From an uncultured bacterium (GTDB lineage Bacteria; Chloroflexota; UBA5177; JANWHV01), in NCBI GenBank assembly GCA_963729625.1, contig CAVSOU010000008.1, positions 320,001 through 384,000 on the forward strand: a stretch of 64,000 nt of DNA. The letters run 5' to 3'. Position numbers and translations under genes: made by a program. Within the stretch, counting starts at the first letter, position 1; every line of letters begins with the position of its first letter. This document shows positions 21,878 through 33,000 of this stretch, piece by piece. Below the pieces are notes generated by a model. It worked only from the letters and a program-made list of their open reading frames with translations. It did not search any database and was not told the origin of the DNA.

Positions 21878-22957
21878 CTACTCCACATCCAGAATGGGCA
21901 GGTCGCCGATGCCGAAGCGATGACCGAGATTGACCAGCGGCTCGTACACCGTACGATGCAGGCGGACGCCGTTCAACCAGGCGTCGCGTTCGGCGAGACG
22001 CTCCTTGTCACCGGCAATCAGAATCTCGACGGCGCCCTCCACGCGCGCGCCTTCTTCGAGAAGACGGCGGAGATCGCGGGCGCGAGCCTGGAACGCCTCG
22101 AGCGGGCCGAATGCCGCGGGATTGAGCGCCATGAAATAGTGCCCAAGGTTGCTCTCGGACGCCGTATCCCACAGGCCGCCGATCAGGGGGCCGTAGAGCG
22201 CGCCAGACAACACGCCGGTAAGCATGTCTACGAGCACGCCAAGACCATAGCCTTTGTAGCCGCCGGTCTCTTCGACACCGCCAAGCGGCAGCAGCGCGCG
22301 AGCCTGCGTGGCGTCGAGTGTCTGGCTGCCGCTGTCATCGATGGCCCAGCCCGGCTGCAGAGTCTTGCCAATCCGCTTATAGACCTCGATGCGGCCGACA
22401 GGAACAGTGCTGGTGGCCATATCCAGCACGAAGGGTCGATCGTCGCCGGTGGGCACGGCCAGCGCAATGGGATTCGTCCCGACCATCGCCTGTCGACCGC
22501 GCGTCGGCGCAACCAATGGAGACGAGTTGGTCAGCGAGATGCCGATGAGCCCGTGATCGAGCGCAAGCATGGCATAGTAGCCGGCGATGCCGTAGTGGTT
22601 GGAATAGTGAACCGCGACCGCGCCGATATCCGCCATGCGAGCTTTCACGATGGCCAGGCGCATCGCATAGTCTCCTGCTACCTGTCCCATCCCGTTTTGC
22701 GCGTTCACCAGCGCCGTCGTCGCACTCTCGCGTTCAACCACCGGTGCAGCCGACGGTACGACGACGCCGCTGTCGATCAGCTTCACGTATTGTGGCAGGC
22801 GCGCGACACCGTGGCTTTCGATACCCCGGGTATCGCTCATGATAAGCACCGTGGCGGTTACCTCCGCGCCATCGGCCGTCATGCCGGCGCTGTGGAGGAT
22901 ACCTGCCGTGTACTTGTGAAGCGCGGACATTGCGATTCGTCTGTGAAGATCGTCCAT
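21878..22957 (-). CDS. Ldh_2 family (malate/L-lactate/ureidoglycolate) oxidoreductase
   Basis: GIESHGVARL, SNHYG, GTNPIA, LDMATS, GYKGYGL. Confidence 0.93.
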   Translation of the reverse strand: MDDLHRRIAMSALHKYTAGILHSAGMTADGAEVTATVLIMSDTRGIESHGVARLPQYVKLIDSGVVVPSAAPVVERESATTALVNAQNGMGQVAGDYAMRLAIVKARMADIGAVAVHYSNHYGIAGYYAMLALDHGLIGISLTNSSPLVAPTRGRQAMVGTNPIALAVPTGDDRPFVLDMATSTVPVGRIEVYKRIGKTLQPGWAIDDSGSQTLDATQARALLPLGGVEETGGYKGYGLGVLVDMLTGVLSGALYGPLIGGLWDTASESNLGHYFMALNPAAFGPLEAFQARARDLRRLLEEGARVEGAVEILIAGDKERLAERDAWLNGVRLHRTVYEPLVNLGHRFGIGDLPILDVE

Positions 22958-22971
22958 GCGCGTCTCCGTAG

Positions 22972-25458
22972 TTATGGGATAGAGTGCGGCACGCTGATGA
23001 CCACCATGTTGGACTGATCCAGCAGCAGACGCCGGAGATGGTTGGCTGTGTGGTTGTGCAAGAATCGGCCAAGACGGCCGCGGGCGCATACGAGGGGCAG
23101 CGCCATCGTGATTAATTCGCCGCCTTCGCGCTCTGCCAGCGCCTCGACATAGGCGCGCAGCGGCGCCACGATTGCCCGGTAGGGCGAGTCAATAGTGACC
23201 AGAGGGACGTGGTTGCCCCAGGCGTCCCACTCGCGGCGCGCTCTCTCCGGGTCGTCTTCGGCCACGACATGGACTGCCAGCAGGCGCCCGGTCAGCAGCG
23301 AGTGGCAGTAAGCCAGGGCGTCAAGCGATGCCTGGCTGAGCGATGAGACTGATACGAGATTCGTGTGATGCCCATGGATGAGGTTCTCGTCAATCTGAGC
23401 CGACATTTGGACAATCGCCACCGAATGGCGGCGCAAGAGCCTTCGCCGCACAAACCACTGCACGAGCCCTTGAATGGGACCGCGTGGCAGAGAAGGTAGC
23501 ACTACGGTGATCTTCATCTCCAAGTCCGGGACCTGCTCGCGTATCTGCGCGATCGCGTCCGCAAGCGCGGCATACCCTTGCCGGCCGGCAATGGCCTTGT
23601 ATTCGACACCGCGCTCGAGATCTTCGTGCTGGAATGACGGTGGCCCGACGACAATCACGCGTGGATGATTGAGGATGCGCGCGTAAGCCAGCGCGTGGAA
23701 CAGGTCACGCTTGCGCGTATGAAACGCCGAGATCAGCACCGTGTGCTGCAAATGCGTGGGCGCCGTCGTCGGGCGCGGCCGTGTCGCCTCCTTGGCCTCT
23801 CTATAGTGGCCCCGGATGCTCAGAAAGCCGGTGACCATTATTGGGACCAGCACCACGACCAGCCATGCGCCCGACAGGAACTTCGTGTACGCAGTGATGC
23901 CCAGCACCACGAGAGTGGCCGTGGCTCCGGCGCCATTGATAATAATTCCCTTGGACCACCCCTCCTCACGTCGCGTCCACCAGCGGAGTACCATGCCCGA
24001 CTGCGATAGGGTGAACGATGCAAACACGCCGATGATATACAAATTGAACAACTGGCTTGCGTCTGCCCAGTAGCGAAGGATGAGCAGAGTTGCCAGAGTG
24101 GTGAGGATAATAATGCCGTTGGAATAGGACAGTCTATCGCCGCGATGCGTGAACTGATGCGGTAGAAAATTGTCGCGCGCCATGAAGAAGGCCAGGCGCG
24201 GGAAGTCGGAGTACGCGGTGTTGGCGGCCAGCAACAAGATGAGCGCGGTGGTTATCTGGCCAAAATAAAACAGAGCACTGCCGTTCCCGAGGGTCGCGGC
24301 GTTCAGCTGCGAGATCAGGTTCGGCGGATTGTCGCCGGCATTCGGCACCAGGCCATAGGCATGCGATAGCAGCGTGATGCCGCTGAACATGGTGATGGCG
24401 ATGCAGCCTAATGCGGTCAGTGTCGTGCGCGCATTGCGCCACTCAGGCGGCTTGAATGCTGGAACGCCGTCTGAAATCGCCTCCACCCCGGTGAGAGCGG
24501 TACAACCGCCGGCAAAGGCACGCAGGATCAGGAACAGCCCCAGCGTCTCGGTGGCCTTGACTGGCGTCACGCCGAACTGCGGGTGCGCCGGCACGACATG
24601 CATGCCCGTTGTGAAGAAATGTATCGTACCGACGGTCAGCATCAGGTAGACAAACCCCATGAAACAATACGACGGCAGCATGAAGATCGTGCCGGACTCG
24701 CGTATGCCGCGAAGGTTGCCAAGCAAGAGGATGAGAATGGCCACGATATCGAAGAGCAACTGGTACGACGTCAGACTCGGATCGATGGATACGAGGTTGG
24801 CGACACCCTGCGTGATGCTTACTGCCACCGTCAACACGTAGTCGATCATCAACGAGGAGCCGGCGATCAGGCCGAACACCGCTCCCAGGTTGTCGCTGGC
24901 TACAATATAGGATCCGCCGCCACGGGGATAGGCCTTCACCGTTTGCCGGTACGAAAGGACTACGATGGCGAAAAGCGTGGAGATGGCAGCGGCGATGCCA
25001 AGCGACACGCCGAAGCTGCCGGTCCCCGCGACCAGCAGCACGGAGAGCATGGCGCCGGTGGCGTAAGCCACCGAGCTGATCGCATCCGACGAGAGGACGG
25101 CCAGCGCCTTGACCTTGGTCAGCCGCTCGTGCCTGGACTGCTCATTGGCCAGCGGATCGCCGACCACCCTCTCTTTGAGCGCGAAAAGCCACCGGCCGAT
25201 AGGCCCTTGCCCGCGCGGCAGCGCGGCCGTGGCGCGCACACTTGTGGGGCCACTATGCCGGAAAGCGCCGCGGCCAGTGCGAACGACGCGCACGTACTTG
25301 TCGCCCGGATGGCTGCCATGGACCTCTTTGGTCATCAAGAGGTCGGCACTGACGGCCGGGTGCTCCTCTTGCGCGCGCGCTTCCTCATCGTCCCAGCCCT
25401 GGCCGGCGGCGCGCAGCTCGGCCAGGCGCGCCGCGTCGGCAGATACCTCTTGAATCAT
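22972..25458 (-). CDS. APC family permease, KimA/YdaO-like potassium transporter with duplicated cytosolic domain
   Basis: SSDAISSVAYA, YPRGGGSY, DYVLTVAVS, TGVEAISDG, SPYR, LHNHT. Confidence 0.88.
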   Translation of the reverse strand: MIQEVSADAARLAELRAAGQGWDDEEARAQEEHPAVSADLLMTKEVHGSHPGDKYVRVVRTGRGAFRHSGPTSVRATAALPRGQGPIGRWLFALKERVVGDPLANEQSRHERLTKVKALAVLSSDAISSVAYATGAMLSVLLVAGTGSFGVSLGIAAAISTLFAIVVLSYRQTVKAYPRGGGSYIVASDNLGAVFGLIAGSSLMIDYVLTVAVSITQGVANLVSIDPSLTSYQLLFDIVAILILLLGNLRGIRESGTIFMLPSYCFMGFVYLMLTVGTIHFFTTGMHVVPAHPQFGVTPVKATETLGLFLILRAFAGGCTALTGVEAISDGVPAFKPPEWRNARTTLTALGCIAITMFSGITLLSHAYGLVPNAGDNPPNLISQLNAATLGNGSALFYFGQITTALILLLAANTAYSDFPRLAFFMARDNFLPHQFTHRGDRLSYSNGIIILTTLATLLILRYWADASQLFNLYIIGVFASFTLSQSGMVLRWWTRREEGWSKGIIINGAGATATLVVLGITAYTKFLSGAWLVVVLVPIMVTGFLSIRGHYREAKEATRPRPTTAPTHLQHTVLISAFHTRKRDLFHALAYARILNHPRVIVVGPPSFQHEDLERGVEYKAIAGRQGYAALADAIAQIREQVPDLEMKITVVLPSLPRGPIQGLVQWFVRRRLLRRHSVAIVQMSAQIDENLIHGHHTNLVSVSSLSQASLDALAYCHSLLTGRLLAVHVVAEDDPERARREWDAWGNHVPLVTIDSPYRAIVAPLRAYVEALAEREGGELITMALPLVCARGRLGRFLHNHTANHLRRLLLDQSNMVVISVPHSIP

Positions 25459-25869
25459 CCAGGACTCCGCACCGTGTCAGGAACCGGAAACAGACTTCGA
25501 GCCGGACATCACACTTCGGGTGAAGGGTACCAGAGAATCTTCGCCGCTGCAGGGCATGGGGACATCGAAACATCGGGGTCTTGTTCTTGAAGTGGGGGGA
25601 AGCGCTTGGTGCGGCTGGATCACTCCGCGCAGCATCTCACGTTCACATGGTATAGCGGTCAGCATCGAGCGAGCCGCGAAGTCGTGCGCGCCTCGCCGTC
25701 TCGCGCGGTGAAAGCAGGCGGCATACCCCCCAATTGGCTAGTGCTTTCAGGAAAGGTGGGTGATGGTATGCCATACCAGTGCGAGCTACAATGGAGTAGT
25801 GAGCTGGGTGCAGCCGAGCGATTGCGCGGTGGGCTCGACCCCGATGCGCACGGGTGTACGCCCGAAGGA

Positions 25870-26490
25870 ATGACCGTGGCCAGTGTACCGCTCATCGTAG
25901 CTCTCGCTTCTCCGTTGCTTCATGCTCGCTTGCGGGCCGAGCTTGCCCGAGATACCGATGTTGTCATTCTCTGCGACACGGACAATCCCGCCAAAGCCGC
26001 GCAGGAGATCGCTGCCTTGCGCCCACCGGTCGTGCTGGTTGATCGGGATATGGTGCTCAATCCCGCTCTAGGGCAGCTCGCGCAGCAACTCAACCCGCTG
26101 CCGGCAATGGTGCTTGTGACCGTGCACCGGGAAGGCGCACCGGTAGGGCACGTGTTGCCCATTGCCGGCACGCTCGCGTTTGACGCGCGGCCGGGCGAGA
26201 TCTCGCAGCATCTTCACGATGTGCTCGACGCCACGCATGTGAAGGCAGCGCTGGCCCCGGCCTCCCCTCTGCCGAACGTCCCGAATCTTAAGTCGCGGTT
26301 TACGATTGCCGAGCATGATGAGCCGGCGATACCGGCGAAAAGCGCCGTACGCGGCGCGAGCCGCGAGCCGGGGTTTTCTGAGAAGGCCCCTGTACCGAGC
26401 AAGACGTCGCAACTGACAAAGACCGGGTTTTTGCGCTCTGTGTTCGACGTCGTGCACGTGAACGATCGCGACGCGTCGTCCGTCCGCTAG
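25870..26490 (+). CDS. Degenerate receiver-domain protein with disordered C-terminal tail
   Basis: RPPVVLVD (Asp retained), but the N-terminal acidic pair and conserved Lys are missing; GAAGGA RBS. Confidence 0.6.
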   Translation: MTVASVPLIVALASPLLHARLRAELARDTDVVILCDTDNPAKAAQEIAALRPPVVLVDRDMVLNPALGQLAQQLNPLPAMVLVTVHREGAPVGHVLPIAGTLAFDARPGEISQHLHDVLDATHVKAALAPASPLPNVPNLKSRFTIAEHDEPAIPAKSAVRGASREPGFSEKAPVPSKTSQLTKTGFLRSVFDVVHVNDRDASSVR

Positions 26491-26580
26491 CGTAGCTGCT
26501 GCACCCGGCGCGCCTTTCGCTGCCTCGTCTCAGGTTGAGCGAAAGGGCAGGTGCCGGCTCCGCACAGGCAGGATCGAGAA

Positions 26581-26602
26581 AGGGCGCCCGCTTGGGCGCC
26601 CT
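26581..26602 (-). terminator. Hairpin terminator between convergent genes
   Basis: AGGGCGCCC-GCTT-GGGCGCCCT; minus strand continues TTTCT. Confidence 0.55.
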
Positions 26603-26681
26603 ATCGCACTCGTATCGTCACGGCGAGTCCTCTGCGGTCCAGGCGCATGCGCTCCCAACTCAACTCCAACAGGGGGACCGT

Positions 26682-27086
26682 CTAGATCTTCGACGGCTCC
26701 TCGTGAGCACGCAAGTACTCGACGACCTCGATCACTGCACGAAGCTTGTCGTCAGGAAGCTTGCTTGCGCCTTCCTTGACCATCTGCAGTGCGTCTTCGC
26801 GCGCGACTTTGTCTTCCAGCGGTAACTTCACGACGCTGAGGCTCGGCTCGAGATACTCTCCTCCGTCGGCGAAGTAGTCCAGTGGCACCTCGAAGAACGA
26901 GGCGAGCGCCTCAAGAGCGCTGAGACCAGGGTTGCTCATTGCTCCTGTCCGCAGTTTCCAGACGTAGCTTGCGGTAATACGGTTCCCCGTGGCGCGCTGA
27001 ACCTGGCCGTAGGTGAACTGCCGGCCTTGCGCGTTTCGGCGCGTGTTGAAGAGCCAATCAACCTTCTGCGCAAGTGTCTTATTCAT
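26682..27086 (-). CDS. XRE-family HTH regulator, EspR-like
   Basis: LAQKVDWLF...ITASYVWKLRTG...NP....LEALASFFEVPLDYF. Confidence 0.85.
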   Translation of the reverse strand: MNKTLAQKVDWLFNTRRNAQGRQFTYGQVQRATGNRITASYVWKLRTGAMSNPGLSALEALASFFEVPLDYFADGGEYLEPSLSVVKLPLEDKVAREDALQMVKEGASKLPDDKLRAVIEVVEYLRAHEEPSKI

Positions 27087-27432
27087 ATATTCACCCACTC
27101 CTTCAGGCTCCTCCCTAGAGTAAGCTGATTGCTTCTCAAGACTGCTTGCCTGTCTGCTCCCATACCTAGGCTATTCCAGGTTATCGGCCACGTCAGCGCC
27201 GTTTCCTCAGAATAAGCACAAGAGAACTGCTACATCTCTTCTGAAGCATTTTGCCGTCGGCAAACGCCTCGCACCAAGCTCAGCAGCGTCTCCAGCCGAT
27301 AAAGCACACTACGGTGATTCCTATTGTAATGCAGCGTCACCTATTACGCTACTAGTGGAGACGGCCAAATTGTATCTCATCGGCATCTTTCCCCGTCATC
27401 CACATGTGTCCGGCTGGGCTGGCTGTTGCTGG

Positions 27433-28497
27433 CTATCCCCGGATGTGGGCGTTGACGTGTTGAATGAGGATCTCGCGCACGCCGTCAAGGAGATGGTCGA
27501 GCCTGGTCATCATTTCGCGCAAGCGCGACGGATCGTCGTCAAGCGGCCGCAAATACTGGCGAAGCACGCAGCGATAGACGAACACCAGGAATATGGCGTA
27601 CTCGGCAATGATGCGCGGCCGGTCTTTCAGTGCGACGGTCTTGATATCTCGCACAAAAGCCTCGTCGGTGAAACCGCCGCGCCTGTTCTCCAGCGATTCG
27701 AGGATGAAACGATCTCCCTCAGCTACTATCGCGCGCACTTCCTCGAGCACTTCTTCAAGGCCGTTACGGCGCACGATGCCCCAGTCCTTGGCATATCTGG
27801 CGTCGAGCTCGATAGCCACCACAATCATCGCGGAAATGAAGCGCGCGCCGTCATTCATGGCGCGCATGCGATGGACGCGGTCCACCAGCAGGTCACAGGC
27901 TTCTCGCAACGCGTCGATAGCCGCGGTAGCCGATGTCTCGTCATCCAGCTCCGCGCTCTCGGCTTCGGGTTTGGTATCGGGAATGAGCGGAACGAGGTCC
28001 GCCTCTTCTCCGCCGATCAGGAGCTGTGCCCCAAGAATGGCAGGGGTCTCGCCACCAGCAGTCGTGCGGTCGCGCGAACCGGTTCTGGCGAGTGCCGGTT
28101 CCGGATCGGCGAACTCGCGCGATCGCTCCGGCTCAGGCTCCGGGTCGCTCGCGGCGCCGGCCATCGACGTTGCGGGCGGATCCGCGCTGCGCAGCGTGCG
28201 CAGGCCTGACGGCGGGGGGGCAACAGCAGATACGTTGTCGCTCGACAAAGGCTCGCCTTGCGGTATGAAGCGCGCAGCCTCTGGGGGGTTGGCGTCCAGC
28301 GCGTTCGTGATATCGTCGCCGTCAGTACCGAACAGTTCCTCGTCGCCGAGCACCCTGAGCTGAGGTTGCGACATCAGCGGATCGGCTATCTCGACATCTT
28401 GCTCGGGCTCGTGCTGCTGCTCTGCAGGCGCCTCGACCGAGGCAAGCGGCGCCATCTCAGTCTGGTCATCCCGCTTCCGGCGGCCAAAGAGCTTCAT
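27433..28497 (-). CDS. Hypothetical protein (acidic disordered N-half, helical C-domain), last gene of the chemosensory run
   Basis: 354-aa ORF, codirectional and closely spaced with the receiver genes. Confidence 0.75.
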   Translation of the reverse strand: MKLFGRRKRDDQTEMAPLASVEAPAEQQHEPEQDVEIADPLMSQPQLRVLGDEELFGTDGDDITNALDANPPEAARFIPQGEPLSSDNVSAVAPPPSGLRTLRSADPPATSMAGAASDPEPEPERSREFADPEPALARTGSRDRTTAGGETPAILGAQLLIGGEEADLVPLIPDTKPEAESAELDDETSATAAIDALREACDLLVDRVHRMRAMNDGARFISAMIVVAIELDARYAKDWGIVRRNGLEEVLEEVRAIVAEGDRFILESLENRRGGFTDEAFVRDIKTVALKDRPRIIAEYAIFLVFVYRCVLRQYLRPLDDDPSRLREMMTRLDHLLDGVREILIQHVNAHIRG

Positions 28498-28548
28498 ACT
28501 CGATCACACTTCTTCACGCGAGATTGGCCAGACGCATGCGCATGGCAG

Positions 28549-29055
28549 CTAGCGGGATTGCGCAGTGCGCTCACCATAGTCACGCTCGATCTTGTCGAGG
28601 CGGCCTCGGACACGTGGGCTACCCAGGTACTTGTAGATGAAGTCAAGCAGTTGCTGCGTCTCTATCGGCTTGGTGAGATACTCGTTGGCGTGCGCGAGCT
28701 TACCCTTGATTCTGGGAATGAATCCTTTGGATGCGGTAAGCACAATAATGGGCGTGTCTTTCAAGATACTCTTTTTGAGTTGCCGGCACACTTCCAGGCC
28801 GCTGATATTCTTACCGAAAATTGGGTTGCCGTCCTTGTCAACCTCGTCGGTCGGCGGCGGCTCAATATTGATATCGAGGAGAATCAAGTTTGGTCGCTTG
28901 GTAAACGCAAGCGCGAGAGCATCGCGAGCATTTATCGCCCAGTGCAATTCGTATTCATCCGCCAGCGCATCGCGGAGATTGCGACGATGAGTCTTCGAAT
29001 CTTCTACGATAAGGATCCTCTGGCGCTCAGGGCCTTGCCCAGCCATGCTATTCAT
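28549..29055 (-). CDS. Single-domain response regulator, PilG-like
   Basis: ILIVEDS, LILLD, VLT, 'RIKGKLAHANEYLTKP'; loop insertion after the Asp. Confidence 0.88.
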   Translation of the reverse strand: MNSMAGQGPERQRILIVEDSKTHRRNLRDALADEYELHWAINARDALALAFTKRPNLILLDINIEPPPTDEVDKDGNPIFGKNISGLEVCRQLKKSILKDTPIIVLTASKGFIPRIKGKLAHANEYLTKPIETQQLLDFIYKYLGSPRVRGRLDKIERDYGERTAQSR

Positions 29056-29159
29056 TGTCGATGTCTCCTTAGACCTCAAGGGTTAGGTATTGCAGCACTC
29101 TTACTGTGGCCAAGGTCACATCCCCATTTCTACGCGTTTGCACTGTTCAGCAGGAGGCC

Positions 29160-29627
29160 TTAGGAGGACAGGAGTCTGTCAACCGTCGCTACCAGCCCAT
29201 GTGCCGGATGGTCGAACTCGCCTTGAACTTTGCTGACGAACGCATTTGCCTGATTTGCCTTGGCGAAGGCTTCATCACTTGGCGTATTACGCGAGCTGAG
29301 CATGACAACGGGCGTCGTGCGATCCTCCTTGCGAAGGGTCCGCAGGATCTCATAGCCACCCCGCCGCGGCTCTGACAGCATGATGTCGAGCACGACCAGC
29401 GCCGGCGTGATCCCGCCCTGCCTTGCCGCATCCCAATCGGCGTAGTTGCTCACCGCGTGGACGCGATAGCCGGCAGCCTCCAGCGTGTTGATAATCGCCG
29501 CGCGGGACGTGGCGTCATCGTCCACTGCCATGATCAATGGACCGCTGCGCGGCCTGATTCTCGGGGTCGGCTTCACTTCAGGTTCCTCTGTTCGCTGAGG
29601 CGCTTTCCAGCGCCCGCCAAATAGCAT
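29160..29627 (-). CDS. Single-domain response regulator, PilH/CheY-like
   Basis: IMAVDDD, LVVLDIM, GYEILR, MLSS, FVSK. Confidence 0.88.
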   Translation of the reverse strand: MLFGGRWKAPQRTEEPEVKPTPRIRPRSGPLIMAVDDDATSRAAIINTLEAAGYRVHAVSNYADWDAARQGGITPALVVLDIMLSEPRRGGYEILRTLRKEDRTTPVVMLSSRNTPSDEAFAKANQANAFVSKVQGEFDHPAHGLVATVDRLLSS

Positions 29628-29702
29628 TCTCGTTCTCCTTCGAAGTCAGCCTGCCGTATCGGGCCTCATGTGTATCGTGCCGATCCCCATTCACACATAC
29701 TG

Positions 29703-30089
29703 CTAGGACAAAGGAACGCAGGCGAGATCAAAGACCGGGATCGGTCTCCCGGTCGTGTTTGCCAGCCCAAACACCATGCCGTTACCCGCCAGAATAGGTG
29801 GAGGCGGATCGATGGGCAACCGCTGGAGCTGGCAGGTGTCAACGGCCAGCGCGCCCATGCCGGCGCGCACTACCAGCAGATACTGCGGCTGCTGCTGCAT
29901 CTCAGCTTGTCCCCAGAACCAGCCTGGATGGACCACTTGCAGGCCGTCGCACAGGCCAAGAATACCAGGCTGTTCAGCCTCCTCCCTGGCAAACGCTGGG
30001 CAAGGCCCGGTGGATTCTATCTGATCCGCGGCAAAAGCCATCTGATACGGGCCACTTGTGGCAACGTAGACTTCGAGCTCGACGCTCAT
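29703..30089 (-). CDS. Divergent CheW-like protein (ChpC-like position)
   Basis: Overlaps the cheA stop; 'MAFAADQI', 'ALAVD', 'GRPIPVFDL' CheW-like strands. Confidence 0.6.
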   Translation of the reverse strand: MSVELEVYVATSGPYQMAFAADQIESTGPCPAFAREEAEQPGILGLCDGLQVVHPGWFWGQAEMQQQPQYLLVVRAGMGALAVDTCQLQRLPIDPPPPILAGNGMVFGLANTTGRPIPVFDLACVPLS

Positions 30090-33000
30090 GATGCCGCCTC
30101 TCTCGCCTGGCCGACACTTTCGGCCAAAACCAAGTTTGTTGCGCTGAGCAACTCATCAGAGTCGAAGGGCTTCGTAAAGTAGCGCGTAACACCTGCAGCG
30201 AGCGCTGCGGCCCGGTGACGTGCTTGTTGGCGAGACGTGATCATAAATACAGGCACCGTGGCGCCGCCATTCGGCAACAAACGCAATGCTGTGAGCGCCT
30301 CAAGGCCATCCATGCCGGGCATTTCCATATCCAGCGTAATCACGTCCGGCATCTGGCGGATACAGAAGTTCAGCGCATCGTGTCCATCGACTGCTTCTTG
30401 CACGGTGAAGCCTGCCTTGCTGAGCGTGTCGCGAAGCGCGCGCCGCATGGTCTGGCTGTCATCGACCACCAGAATGGTGTAGGCGATCCTGGCGGCAGCG
30501 GCCTTCGGCGCCTCAACCATAAGGGCGCCTGCGCGATCGACGAGCGTCGGCAGGTCGAGGATAGGCAGAATATGGCCGCCGCCGCCAACCGCGTAGCCAA
30601 GCAGGCCGCAGTGCTGGCGCAGGTACCGCGGCGCAGGTCGCACCGGAAGGTACTGGCTACCGCGGACCTCATCGACCACGATTGCGCCGTTTCTCCCGGC
30701 TACTTCAAGCAGCGTGGCGCGTCCCGCTTCGCCGTCCCCTGCCGGGCCATCGGCGAGTGTCACCGCGAAGACGGGCAGCTCCTTGCCGCCGGCCTGAACG
30801 CTCTGTCCCGGTCTCAGGCTGTTGAGCTCGGCGTACGGCACCGAATGCGTGGCAATCATCTGTGTGATCGGTATGGCGACCAAGTTGTGCCCTTCGCGCA
30901 CCACCTCGACCCGCATCATGGCCAGCGAGCGCGGCAGAATGATGCTGAATGTCGTGCCCTGGCCGAGAACCGAGTGGACGTCGATATGGCCGTTCAGAGC
31001 AGCAACTGCATCCTGTGCGCTCTTCATGCCAATGCCGCGACCGGACATGGCCGTCACCGCGGAGACGGTGCTAAAGCCAGGTCGCCAGATGAGACCGATC
31101 TTGTCAGCCACGGACATGGTCGCTACCTCGTCCGCCGTGACGAGGCCACGTGCGAGAGCAGCGGCGGCAACGCCATCCGCATCGATGCCGCGGCCGTCAT
31201 CGATGACGTCGATAGCCACGCCATCGCCCGTAGACCGGCCGCGAATAGTCAGGTGGCCCGCGAGTGTCTTCCCGGCCGCGATACGGCTTGCCGTGCTCGC
31301 CTCGATACCATGGTCGAGCGCATTGTTGATCAAGTGCATCATCGGCTCGAACACAGCCTCGGCAATACGCCCGTCGAGCACCAGATTGCCCCCGTCGAGA
31401 GCAAAGGTGACCTGCTTGTGCAGGCGGCGGCTGGCCGAGCGAACGGCATGGGCCAGGCGATCCTCGATTTGCGACAGTGGAATCATGCTGATGTCGAGCA
31501 AGGCGCGTTGGGCGCTGAGCGCCTTGTCTGCCTGCATCTCGACCTGAGCGGTTGTTTCGGCGAGATCGCGACGAAGGTTGATGTCGGATTCTTCGAGGTC
31601 AGCCAGGGCCTCGTCAAGCTGCCCAAGCAGCACGTCAACTGTCGTAAACTCCTCCTTTTCGAGGAGATCCCAATCGCCGGTACGTCGAGTGGTTCGCACC
31701 AACTCCGAACGCAGGCCCGCGAGCTCTGAGCCCACTCGCTCGATCAGGGTGCGCAGGCGCACGCCACTGCGGCGACTCTCGACGCGTTGCTGCGACATAC
31801 GGCTGACCAGGCTTTGCAGGGCATCGCGTGTCACCGACAGATCTTCGAGTGCCGTCAAAGCACTGCGCACGCTGGCGTCCGTGCCAAAATCCCGCAGCCG
31901 GCGCGGCGACGTCTCCACGGGCAATCCACGATCGCGACGGGTGACGGGCAGCTCTAGCCGAGAGAGCGGTTTCAGCGCCGTGTTCCGCAAGACCTGGAGC
32001 GATCCACCACGGCGGATGGCGGTCCGAAGTTGCTCCACGATCTCGGCGAGAGCGGCAGGATCCTCGATCGCCAGGCTCAGGAAGCGCCTGCCGCTGCCTT
32101 CCACATTGTCGGAGGTGTCATGGGCGACAAATGCCGTGCAGTGCTCGGCCGATTCGAAGATAGCGAAGCGTTCACGGAGCAGCTCGTCGCCTTCCGCCAG
32201 CGGCACGATGGCGATGCGGGCCTGTGGTGCAGGCACGTGGTCGAGCGCGCCAAATATGTAAAGCTGGCCCTTGTCTCCGGCCAGCTCGCGGTAGCGGGCT
32301 TCTTCCTCTAGGTACTGCGATATCTCCTGCACGCCGATAAACAGCGAGAAGGTCCCACTCGCATCGCGGGCACGCTCCTCGACAGCTGCGACGCGATCGA
32401 TCACGGCCGTGCGGCTGCGCACCTGAGCCCCATCGCTGTTCTCGATGAGCCGGCGGAAGCTCAGCTCGCGCAGGGTAACAACCCGGGCAAGCGGCTTCGG
32501 GATAGTCGACGGTATCACCACACGCTGCAACAGCGTGGCGTCCGGAGCCGCTTGTACCGGCGCCCCCGCTGCCGGCTCCGCATCAGATACGGCGTCCTCG
32601 GCGGCCGTCGTGCCCGCGGACTCGTCGGGCGCGGTCTCCGGCACGGCAGCGCGGCCAAGCTCGCCTGCTCGCACGCGCTCGGTGATCTCCTGCAAGTGCG
32701 TGACCAGCCCCTCGGGATCGCGCAGAAGCGGCTGCACGGGGCTGCCCCCGCCTGAATTCACGTGCTCGAGATTGTCCAGGAGAGTCTGGAGAGCGTCTTC
32801 GGCGTCGAGCACTCCGTCGAGCACGTCCTTTGGTACTTCACGCAACTCGCCGCGGAGCTGGAAGTCCTCGATCAGCTCGAAGAGGTCCTCTGCATGGTGC
32901 GCGATCATCTGGATGTCGGCGGCCTCGGCGCCAATGAGGGCGGCGCCGCCCTTGAGGGTATGCAGCTTGCGGCGAGCCACCAGCAGCGAGGCTTCGTCGG

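Noticed and set aside
25460-25860. c-di-AMP (ydaO) riboswitch upstream of the KimA-like gene
   Set aside because: The conserved GCUGAAUCC / CCCGAACCCG-CAGCUAAC elements were not found
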